Shown: one piece after another, positions 48,230 through 59,200 of the stretch
Position numbering within the stretch: position 1 is the first letter of the stretch
Layout of the letters: every line of letters begins with the position of its first letter
Assembly (NCBI RefSeq): GCF_000281045.1
Contig: NW_008246070.1
Span: forward strand, 390,048-454,047
Length of the DNA stretch: 64,000 nt
Origin: Saprolegnia diclina VS20
Lineage: Eukaryota
Direction of reading: 5' to 3'
Notes under the pieces: generated by a model
Told to the model about the DNA's origin: nothing
Databases searched by the model: none
Seen by the model: only the letters and a program-made list of their open reading frames with translations
Translations under genes and position numbers: made by a program

Positions 48230-49549
48230 TTAGGGCGTAAACCCCCCGAGGAGCGGCGGACGACGAATGTTGTCGTAGCGCGAGTGCGGGTACCACAAGT
48301 TGTTGGGTCGGAAATCCATGTCTTCTTTGCCGACCAGCGACGCGTACGTCGTAAGCAGTGACGCGCTCGAGCCCGCTGCCGCGTCACCGGATGCCTCCCA
48401 GAACATGAGCCCGCCAAGGCGATGGGCCTGCATGTACGCCACCTTGGCCGCGACAGACTTAGGGTCGTCGTACCTATCCGGGGTAGGGTTACTTTCGGGG
48501 GTAGGGTTACGAAATGTACACGAGAACGGTGTGCGTGGTCGCATTGTACGCATACGTGGCCTGCGCCACCGCATCAAACGTGGGCGACGCATGCCGAGCA
48601 ATGTCCTTGTAGTCCCAGAGCCCGTCGGGGGCGTGGGAGCCGGACGTTGGCGGCGCAAACGGGGCGAAGAGCCCCCGCGTCCGCTCAAACGACTTGCCGT
48701 AGAGAGGGACGCCCATGACAAGCTTCTCAGATGGGCATCCGCGCGTCAAGTAGTACTGAACCGCACTGCTCACAGAGCTGCGAAGGCCGTCGGGTGCGTG
48801 CGGGTTGGGGAAGAGGTTGCTGTGGTACCCGGCTCGGCGGCTCCACGCACCGGTATACTCGTACCTACAGTCGTAAGCGTCAGCAAGACGGCGTCCAGGT
48901 AATCGTACGTCATGAGATTGAGAAAGTCGACGTGGCTGCAAATGGCTGCCATGGACTCCTTACCCCAGTTGGCGGGAAACCCCGGTGCGGCGATACTGAG
49001 CTCGGTGCGGAACGGGAGCGCATGAAGGGCGGCGCGCATGTCGGCCAGAAGCGTCGCAAAATGCGGCAGCTGCGCTAACGTCGGGTACTCCCAGTCAAGA
49101 TCGATAAAGTCGAGGCCGAGGTCCTCGAGCAGCGCGACGGCGTTGGCGACAAAGGTCGCACGGAGGCTCGGCGAAGCTGCGATCGTCGGGAACGGACCGC
49201 TGCCGCTCCAGCCGCCAAACGAGAGACCAAACTTGGTTCCACGGAACGCGCGTTTGTACTTGTTGGCTTGGCCAAAGCAGCCCTGGACGGCGCCGATGCC
49301 CAAGTCGCGCCCGTAGACGCGCTGGGTCGCCGCAAACTCGTCTAGAAAAGTGATCGAGCCGTCGACTTGGGGCATCGCGAACGCGTAATTGACGTGCGTG
49401 ATGCGCGACCAGTCGAGATTGGCGATGTGGAAGTCGCGGTAGATGCCCCACTCGAGAAAGTAGACCACATTGCGGTACGCGTGCAGACTCGACGCGGGCG
49501 GAATGGCGAGCGCAAGCAGCAGCAGGACTGTGCGTACGACTCGATGCAT
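48230..49549 (-). CDS. Secreted GH18 chitinase; 2 introns
   Basis: Signal peptide, EWGIY, ITHVNYAF, SFGGWS, catalytic DFIDLDWEYP, NLMTY, KLVMGVPLYGKSF, YDDPKSVAAK and GGLMFWEASGD. Confidence 0.92.
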
Positions 49550-50871
49550 GCTGGGCAGTTGCGCAATAATGGCTGGCGCTGCGTTTGCAGTGGGTGCCAG
49601 TGTAGTACCCTGTAGATCGGTCGGTCCACGCTAATAGCACCAGTCGTTCGGCTTGACACGCGACCGACGGACTTCGAACTTCGGTTCAACGACGACGATA
49701 CAATTGCCAGCGTCTACGTTGTAGTCGAAGGGAATCGAGTGCGAGGCCTGCAGCGAGGCGGGTTGGTGGTGACATGCCAATGAGCCTCTCCACTTGCGAA
49801 TATCTTGGTGTGTTCCTGAAGCCGCCCACACGTTTTGTCAATGAGCCATCTGGTTGTGCTCGAAGTTTACGACCGCGCTTCGAGATGTCGCCAACACAGT
49901 ACACGGAGGGCCAGGCGACGGGGACGTCGTTGCGTGATTTCTGTCGCTTGGCACATTTGGTCCTTTGCCGACTTGAGTGCAGTGTACACGAATATGATAT
50001 CATGTACCTTGCGTCTGCTGTGGTGTCGCGCTTTGTTGTTGTTGTTGGACTGGGTCTATTGAGATATTATTTCCTACAGGTTTTTCTGTTTTGTTTACAC
50101 GGTGCGTTGAGAGGCGGGCGTCTTTTGGCGAGAGTGCGTATTTTTGGTGATTTGTTGTGGGAGGTTTTCCTTCGAGGCTAAGTGAGTAACGACGCCCGCT
50201 TGGCCAATCCCGAACGGGTTACGGCACGGCGGTTCTTCCGATTGGGTACACCGCGCAGAGGCAGGAGGTCGGCCAATTGAATTTGCATGCGCGCAGCTGG
50301 ATTTGAACCCGTTCGAGCTCGAATTTAAGTGGAACGCCTCGACCACTACACCAGGGGCCGACCCCCCGGCGGTTTGTACTTTGGCGGCTCGGTCGTTACG
50401 CACCTTGCAGCGATGATAGGGCCAGTCGTCGTCGTCATGGCGTGGATCGCGTGGATCGCGATGGCCGTGCCCCCGCAGGCAAATGAGCTGTCGTAAATTG
50501 TGGGGCTTGCCACGAGTTGGAGGTCTTCTAGATGTCGGCATATATCTCTATCGACATGTGCTCAGATCGTTCAGCTCGAGACAGTCAGCCATGAGCTACC
50601 GCCCTCAAGTGGCGACTACACTTGCCACCGCTTGGAGAGACAATGGCAAATAGGACGCTTGAGACTGCATGAGGTCTTTGAGCTGCATCATCGACCCTGC
50701 ACATTGCTGCCGGCTGTGCATTGGCAGCCCATCATGTTGAAGTTGCGATCTTGGTTGGGCATCCGGATACAAACCGGACATGAAACATCGAAGAGGCCAA
50801 GCGCGAACTTCGAAGAAGAAGACGCGGAGCTCGAAGATTCCGGCGGTGACCCACTCGAGAAGACCATCATC

Positions 50872-52289
50872 ATGTCGCTCGGCCTCAAGTCGACGGACCC
50901 GGAGAGCCAAGTGCTCTACGTGAGCTTCAACCAAGACGCGACGTGCGCTATGCTCCTGCGCCATCTCCTCATGACGACGGCGTGCGTAGGTGCATCAGCG
51001 TCGGGACGCGCCAGGGCTTCTTCGTCTACAGCTGCGAGCCCTTTGGCCGTTCGTTCCACGAGGCCTCGGGGGGCATTGGCATTGCGCAGATGCTCTTCAG
51101 CACGAGCCTCGTGGTGCTCGTGGGCGCCGGCGAACAAGTCTGTATTGCATGCTGCGTCGACTTGCAGGGCTAACGTACCTCGTGTAGCCGGCCTTTTCGC
51201 CTCGACGCCTTCGCGTCTGGAACACGAAAACGAGCGCCGCGATCTGCGACCTCAACTTTGTCACAGCGGTGCTCAGCGTGCAGCTCAACCGCCAGCGGTA
51301 CGCTGCCTAAGCGGCGGTGAAGCTCATGCCACGCTAGGCTCGTCGTCGTGCTCGAGCGCAAGATCTACATCTTTGACATCAACTCGATGCAGGTGCTCAA
51401 CACGCTCGACACGGCGCCAAACCCAAAGGCGCTCTGCGTCCTCTCGCCCGGCGACAATGGCCATCTCGCCTTCCCGACGGGCACCGTCCCGGGCGAGATC
51501 GTCCTGTACGACGCCAACAACCTCAGCGTCCTCAATGCAGTCCAAGCGCACCGTGGGACGCCGGTCGCGCTTGCCTTCAACAGCACTGGCACGCTCCTCG
51601 CAACCGCGTCCGACACGGTATTCCGCTTGCTTGCTTTTCCGCCCTTTATTGGCTATATGAGGGCACCATTCTGCGCGTCTTTGATGTGCCGAGCGGCAAG
51701 AAGAAGGCGACGTTCCGACGTGGCTCGTACCCGGCGCAGATCTACTGCCTCGCGTTCAACGCCGCGTCGACGCTGCTTTGCTGCTCGGGCGACACGGGCA
51801 CCGTCCACATCTTCTCGCTGACTGAGACGTCGTCGCGGTCGGGCTCGTTTGTCACGTTTGCGTCCATTCCGCCGTCGCTCAACCCGCTCGCCGAGGCAAA
51901 GGCGTCCGACGCCGTCCTCGGCGCCGTCGGCTCGTACATCCCGTCGTCCATGTCGCGCATTGCCGAGGGCACGCGGGACTTTGCCTTTGTACTTCGCCCG
52001 CTTCCAAGCTAGGACAGCTCACATGGTTGTAGGCGCGACTGCGCACGGCGCGCGTGCCCAACCTCTGCGCGATCCATGGGCCGAGCGAAGGCAGCTCCAA
52101 AGCTCAGCTCTTGGTCGCGACGATCGATGGCTACTTCTACCAGTACGCATTTGACGTGCATGTTGGCGGCGAGTGCGCCCTCGAGCGCGTACGTCCAAGT
52201 CCCTCTCCTTCTGCGATGATAGCATATGCTAGGAAAACATCCTACGCGACTCGTCCTCGGAGGAAATCACAGCCGCGTACCTTACCTAA
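50872..52289 (+). CDS. ATG18: ATG18/WIPI PROPPIN, multi-exon
   Basis: VSFNQDAT/CISVGT, MLFSTSLVVLVG, SPRRLRVWN, AHRGTPVALAFNSTGTLLATASD/GTILRVF, the FRRG phosphoinositide motif, SGDTGTVHIF and RDFAF. Confidence 0.93.
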
Positions 52290-52351
52290 GAAGATACGAC
52301 ATTTGGTGTTGCCTGATTGCCCTTTGACTACAAGGGCCTATGCCCTTCGGA

Positions 52352-55300
52352 CTACCTACCAGGAACCTTGGCGGGGGCGTCGGCGTCGGTGCACACATCG
52401 CTCGCGTCCTCTTCGCTGGCCAGAGACTGAAATGCCTCGATGACCTGGGGAGGGTCGTCGTCCTTGGCGACCTTGGCATCACTCGTCTTGAGCGCCACCT
52501 TGTCGGCCATATCGTCCAGCCCGACATCTCGGAGACCGCTAAGGAGCGCTTCGAGTCGCAGATCGGCGTCGTCTTCGTTTTCGAGCAAATGCAGCGCTTC
52601 GTCCGAGAAGCCGAGTCCTTTGAGCTGCTGCAAGACGCGCGCAAAGGCTTGGGCCGTCGGCGTCGTCTCGTCCGACGCTGTCTCTTCCTCTTCGGGCGCC
52701 GTGGCGTCCACGAGCGCAATCGTCCACGCCGAGACGCCGGTTGCGTCGCTCGTCTTGAGCGCGAGGTGGAGGCCCCAGCCGTGCGGCCCCACGACTTTGA
52801 GGTCGTAGCGCGACCCGACAACGTACGGGAAGTCGTCGTCGTCGCGGGGCACAATGTGGTGCTCGAGCGAAACGCGGGTGTGGGGTCGGCGGAGTCGCGC
52901 CTCGGCCGTCTGCGCCACCATGACGATGGGCACCGAGATCGGGGTTTCATCCTGCGCCGCATCGGACGTCGACGACCGCGCCATGATCATGAGGTCCTCG
53001 GCCGCGTCGGTGTTGACGATGATGACGGCACTCGCCCCCGCGTCCATGCCGCGGCGCGCCTTGTCGTCAAAGTAGCAGTCGCCGCGCTGGACGAGCACGA
53101 TCGCGCCAGGGTCGACAGCGTCCATGGCCGCACACGCACGCAGAGGCGAGGCGAGTTCCACCGACCGCTTCTCGACAAAAACAGACGACCCTTCGGTCTT
53201 GGTCGGACCAAAGAGCGCGCCGGAACACGTGATCGTGTCGATCAGGACGTCGTCAGCGTCGTACACGAGCAGTCGACAGCGCGTCGTCACGTCCGTCTCA
53301 AAGTTGTGGATGCGAAAGTCGGCGAGCGGCGTCGGCTCGGGCGAGTGGAACTCGACGACGATCTTAGGGTCGCCGAGGTTGGTGACCTTGAGCGCATCGC
53401 CGGGAAACCGAGCGCTGCGGGCGCGAAAGCCGCCGACGAGCTGATCGATGACAAAGTCGCCGAGCGCGTCGCCACCGTGCAAGACGCGGGGCGCCGTCGC
53501 CTTGGCCGAGTTCTTCTTACTCGCCTTGGCTGCGGCCCGACGGGGCGCGTCGCACCGGGGCTTCATCTTGACAAACGCATCCTGGTACGAGGCGTCAAAC
53601 GAGACGGACGCGTAGAACGGGAGGCGCGGACACGTGAGCGCTTGGCGGGGCGCACGCGGGGCGCCGTTCGGTGGCCAAATGGCTGCGACTTGGGCCGAGG
53701 AAAGCACAGGGAACGGGTGCGCCTCGGTCGTAAAGACGTAGTTGCCTCGTCGAAGCAAATTGTTGTCGTCAAAGAGCAGGTAGAGGTACTTGCACGTTTC
53801 CGAGAGGAAGAAGGAGGGCATGTCGTCCTCCTGGGCGCGCGACTCGACGTCCGCGATCGACGCGTAGCCGCACGTGGTTTTGGAGAAGCGCTCGATGGAC
53901 GCGACGAACGCCGCGCCGGCCTTGCGCCACGAGTCGTCGCGCGTCGCTGCGTGCATGTAGAACGTCGACTCGATGAGCTCGGGCCGCAGCGGGTACCGGT
54001 TGCTCGAGGCTTTTTTGGGGCGCCACCGACCCACGTCAAACTGCTCGGGGAGGAAGCCGTACTTGTGCCACACCTGGTAGTAGGCGTTGAGGCTCTTGGC
54101 GCTCGTCTCAAAGTCCCCGAGGAGTGTCTGCATGCCCGGCCAGAACGCGACGAGGTTGTCAAAGACAATGGCGGCGCCGCCCGTGCAGCCGTCCCACATG
54201 GAGACGTCGCCGTACCAGTCGCCGTGCTTGTTGTGCTCCATGACGTTCGAGTAGACTTCCTCGAACATACCGAGCGACTCGGCGTCGCCAAAGAGGACGT
54301 ACATCTTGAGAAGGTACTCGTAAAAGCTGTCGGAATTGGAGCCTGGGCCGCTAATCGTCTCGGTCCAGTCGCCCGAGTCGACGTCAATGTGCTTGCCGAG
54401 GAGCCCGACGCTCGACTTGCGCTCGAACAGCGCCCGCACGGCTTTTCGAGCCGCGAGCGCGTACACCGGGTTGCCCGTCAAAACACTCAGCATTGTAAAC
54501 TCCATCGTGAGTGAGCCAGCGCCGGCCGTGGAGGCCACGGTTGTCTCGCCCCGGGGCACGCCATAACGCAAATTGACCGTCCCGTACGGAATGCCCGTCT
54601 TGGTCACAAATGCTGGGAGAAGCCGGTCGGCAAGGTCAATTGCCAAGCGCAGGAGCCCGTCGTCGTACGCGCTTGCTTCATAGATGCCGAGCGACGCGTC
54701 GACTGCAAACATGTGGGCCGAGAGGAGCCCGCCGAGGACCTAGACCGTATCAGCGCCTCAACCAATATTGATGACGCACCCGAATCGTGGTCTCAAAGAC
54801 CGAGACTTCGGTGTTGAGGTCAAAGCTGGCCCCCGACAGCACGAGGCGCACTGCGCGGCGAAATTCTTCAAAGTCGCCAAAGACCACCAGTGTGTCGAGC
54901 GTGTCGATCAGCGTCAGCATTGGGATCTTCCCGAGCTCGAACGTGTCGCCCTTGCACGAGATCGGGCGGAGGTTGTCGAGCGGGAACGCGTGCTCCATGT
55001 AGTTGTTGTACGCGTGGTAGAACATGGTCTTGACAGTCGCTCGGAGCCGCTTGGTGTCGTCGCTGCTCTCGTCTTGGGCCTGCAATTTGGTCGCACACGC
55101 CAACGGCGTGCACACGCTCAAGAGGTACTCGCACAAGATCGGCTCCGAGACGCTCTCAATGTACGTTTCTGTCGGTCGAAAGCTGCAGCACGAGAAGCGG
55201 ACCTCGGCGCTGCGGTTGCGCGCGACAGGCGACTGCCGCGACCCGCCATGGCACGCGTCGCCGTTCAAGAACACGTGCGTCACGAACGGCCGGGCGCGCG

Positions 55301-55607
55301 TGGGCGACGCCTCGCCGTCGGTCGCACCGAAGAAGCGGCCAATGAGATTCACCGAGGCCTCGGCGCCCGTGACGCGGTCGATCGCGTACTGTCGCACGTG
55401 CTCTTGGTGGCACCACTCGTAGCGCCACCACGAGCCGCTCATGTGGAACGTACGGCAGACGCCGTCGAGGCTCGTACGGTGGTCGCCGTCGGCGCTGGGC
55501 CTGGCCAACGGCGGCGCGGTCGTTGCCGACGGCTTCGGGACGTGGGTGAGCGCCTTGGTGCTGAGCGCCACGACCAGCAGCACGAGTAGCGCCGCCCTCC
55601 GTTTCAT
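52352..55607 (-). CDS. EDEM3-like ER alpha-mannosidase (GH47 plus PA domain) with an N-terminal OS-9-type MRH lectin domain; exons 55607-54780 and 54739-52352, about 1071 aa
   Basis: Signal peptide. MRH: WWRYEWC..HVRQY...NGDAC...RSAEVRFSC...EPILCEY..VCTPLAC. GH47: MFYHAYNNYMEHAFP, TLIDTLDTL, SVFETTIRVLGGLLSAH, DSFYEYLLK, YPLRPELIESTFY, MPSFFLSETCKYLYLLF, FTTEAHP. PA: IVLVQRGDCYFDDKARR..AGASAVII. Confidence 0.9.
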
Positions 55608-55646
55608 GCTTCGTTGTCGACACTGAGCTTGACGTTCAATGCACCC

Positions 55647-55669
55647 ATATCCGGATATCCGGATATCGG
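55647..55669. promoter_or_regulatory. Tandem ATATCCGG / TATCCGGATA element upstream of the EDEM-like gene
   Basis: atatccggatatccggatatcgg lies 40-62 nt upstream of the ATG at 55607. Confidence 0.5.
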
Positions 55670-56217
55670 TGCGATCAGATCGCCATGCGGTCGACCGAGT
55701 CTAATTGCTGGCGCGTCCGTGGCCAAGTAAGCGTGCGTCCACGTACTCGCTTAGAGCCAACGCGGTAAGCTGATTACACGGCGCTGCTCAAGCGCATGCT
55801 AGCTGCCATTCTACTACGCGTCAAGAGCTTCGGGATCGGCACCATGTTGGTCCGATGCATCAGTGGCGGTCGCATCCGAGGCTCCTCGTCGGGGTGTTCT
55901 AGGACTGCAGTGGCGTCATCGGCGCGGGCTTGGCTCGTCGCACCAGTCGTGGGTGCATGTCCATAGATAGGTAGCTATGCGTTTCTTCTCGTACATCTGT
56001 GCGGCAGTGTACGTCCTACTGGCTGTGCAGGAATTCGTGTCGGAGCGCAGGTCTTGGACAGCGTCGGGTATGAGAACAAGCAGCAACGATCGCTTCAGCC
56101 CGTTCGGTCCAACACTTCTGCGCCATTGTCTTCATATCATCGGTTGCGCTTCCGTTTCGGCGCTGATAATAGCTGGCGCGACTGCCTTTTTATCAGTCGC
56201 CAACTCACCAGAGCAGC

Positions 56218-59200
56218 ATGCTGTGGTCGCTGGCAGCGCTTCGTCAAACGCGGCTCTATGACGGTGTCGGCCTGACATACGTGGTTGGCTCTGTTTTGCT
56301 CGGCCTCGCCGCGCTCTACATGTTGCGCCCGTACATGGAGAACGACTACTTTTGGCCGGGCCTCTTTGCGTCCAACGTCTCGACGCTGGTCGCGACGACG
56401 TTCAATTTGGAGCTCACGCTGCTGCCCGTGCAAGCGCCTTCGTCAACGCCGTTGGATCTCATAGCGCGCCACCTCACGTCCTCGGACGAGGCTGGGCAGC
56501 TCGCCGCGTACGCGCGCAAGCTCGTGTACGAGGAGCTGACGACCGCTGAGGCCGCGATCGTCGGTCTCCGGCGCCTCGAGACGCAAAACATCATCTTTAT
56601 GGTGGCGCAGTACTGCTGGGTCGACTTTGAGAAGCGCTGGGTCATGGCCCACACGGCGGCGCGGGCAGCGCGCTGCTGGGCGCGCGATGTTAACAACGGC
56701 GCCGTGTACTTGGAGTCGGTCGCGCGCAACACGCCGTTCCGCCGCTGGGTCGAGAGCACGCAAGGCATGTTTGACGTGCGCATCGGCAACGCAGTCCGCA
56801 GCGTGAGTCCTATGGACGGTCCAACGTGGCTCGACACGATGCTCGACCGCAAGTGGAGCACGCTCGATGAAGAAGTCGGCGTCTGGGCAGACGCGGGCGT
56901 GACTAGATTTGCACTCCAGTACGCCAACCAATTCCAGATCGGCATTGACGAGACGATCACGATCCAAAATGCACTCGGCCTCTCGTCCACCTTTCGGCTC
57001 AAGTCGCTCGCGGCGTGGCACCGCGATGCGCTCTGGACGACCGACTACATGTATGCCGGGCTCCAAAATGACTTCAACGCCATTGGCGCCAACCAGAGCC
57101 TCGTGCTCAACTCGACGCTCTTCTTTGGCGCGTTTGACCCGACGCAGCTCGAGTACTACAACCTCGGGTACCCACTCGCGCCCGTGTACGCCGCCGCGCA
57201 CGACGCCCTGGGCTTCCTTGCCAACATTGATCTGCGCTGGGTGCCACTGCCGAAGGACCTCAACCTTGCCGTCCAGCGCTTTCGCGCGCTCGTCTTGCAC
57301 GCGCTGGAGACAACACCGGCCTTTGCGACTGCATTCGCAGCGATCCCGAGCCTCACGCTGCACCCGACACCGCCGCAATGGACCAAGACCTCGCTGCGCT
57401 TCTACGGCGGCAGTCCCATGTGCGGGTATGTGAGCGCCACGGACTTTGTCCAAGAGTCGTTTGGCTTTGACGATGCGTGCGGCACCCAGCGCCGCCTCAG
57501 CGTGGGACTGACGCCCATGAGTGCGCTCTTCGCAACTGCTTTGACTGCCACGACTGCGCAGCCGATTTGCGCCCTTGCGCTGCCCGACGAACAGGCACTG
57601 TGCTACGACCTTCTACGGGCTGCGACTGCCGCCAAGACAATCCTCGGTTCATTACCCAACGACCTGCAAGCGTCCAGTGCTTTGACGCTGGACATTCGCC
57701 TCTTGCAGTTTGTGCAAGATGGAGCCAACCCACTCCACCTCCAGACACAAGCCATTTTGGAGCCGTCGTGGGCCTTCTTTGGCCATGGGATGCTGTACGA
57801 CTGGGCCATGAACCAGCGCGAAGTCGTCTCGTTCGAAGGCGACGTCGCCTCGTACACTGTCATGTCATACGCTACGCCCGGCGTCGCGCTCCCCGCACCG
57901 CCCGCCACGCTGAGCCTCGGCATGTACATGTGGTACTGTGCTGTGATTGTGTCGGCTGCGATCGCCGGTGTCGGGCTTCTCGTCGTCCTCCTTTTCAGTG
58001 TACATCGGCCGCGCGGCAGCGACTGGTTCGTCTTCAACCGTGTCGTCTCGGCCGTCTGGTCGAACCGATCGCTGCTCCTTACGCGCGCGTTTGCTTGCAG
58101 CTTGAGCCTCGGCACGGCCCCCGTCAAGAGCAGCGCGTCACAGCGCCTCGTCGACTCGCACCGGTCGCTGTACGAGTCGAGTCTCTTTGCCGGCGAGTCG
58201 GTCTGGATCACGTACGTTGTCCAAGATGTGTTTACGCCACTGACGCTCCACGGCACGCGCACGTACGCTCCGTGGAGCTCCCATCTCGCGTTTCTCATTG
58301 TCTTCCTCCTCGACGTCCTATCGCCCGTCAACGTCGACGCGACCTTGCGCCGCGACTGCTACTTGGTCAATATGGACCGCAACGTCTTCTGCAATAGTGG
58401 CCACATTGTCCTCGGGTCCTGGCAACGTGTGCTCACCGTGCTCGTCGTCAACGTCGGCGTCGTGCTTGTCGGCATCCTCTTCGAGCGCTGCGTGCTCGCA
58501 TCGGGCGAGGTACCCGAGCCATCGCTCCTGCTCTCGTCGGCCGCGGTGGCCTACTTGCAGCCACCACCCCCCGAGCAGACGTGGGAAGCGAGCTTGAACC
58601 CGGTCACGGCCTTTATGGCGGGCGTCGTCAACATCAAGCAGCTCGGGTGGTTTGACATCAAGCTCTGGCGCTTCATCAACAACGAAAAAACGCGGCTCGC
58701 GGCCGCCGATATGTTGCCCCAATCGATCAAGTTGGAGAAGCGGGACGACCAGCGGCAGACGTCGTACCTCTGGAAGGTGCGCGTGCGCTACAACAGCGTC
58801 GTCATTGCGGTCGCGCTACTGTTTATGGCCATGACGTTCACGAGCAACATCCTCTATCTCGAGCTCGCGCAGTCGTTTCTGGCCAACGACTTTGGCTGGG
58901 AGGGCTTTGCGGCCACGGGCGTGTATGCATTCGTCGCCAACCAGTTCAACGAGCAGCTGCTCTTGCACGGCAACAGCACTCCACTGCCATTTGAAGTGGC
59001 GTCTGTCGACTTTAGCGACTGGCGACAGCGCTACAACGACTCGTCCGCGACCATCATCTCGAGCTTTCACGCGCCGCGGCGCCAGCTCTTGGAGCCGTCG
59101 ATGCCACTCAGCACCTTTGTGGTCGGGCTTCGAAGTCTCAACCCGTGCAAATTACCGTGGATGTCGACGCAGTTGTGCTGGGTCGATTTCGAAAGAACGT

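Noticed and set aside
48226..48510. Telomere-like TTAGGG/TAGGGTTA words
   Set aside because: These are isolated 1-2 copies within an intron or stop-codon region, not an array.
49760..49935. RNase MRP-like words (gtcccc, ggctcatt), or a TPP riboswitch
   Set aside because: There is no GAAAGUCCCC/GGGGCU P4 pairing and no CUGAGA/ACCUGAU core.
55977..56261. 94-aa hydrophobic ORF overlapping the start of the giant membrane gene
   Set aside because: It could be a uORF or an alternative 5' exon, but no supporting splice pattern or family signal was found.
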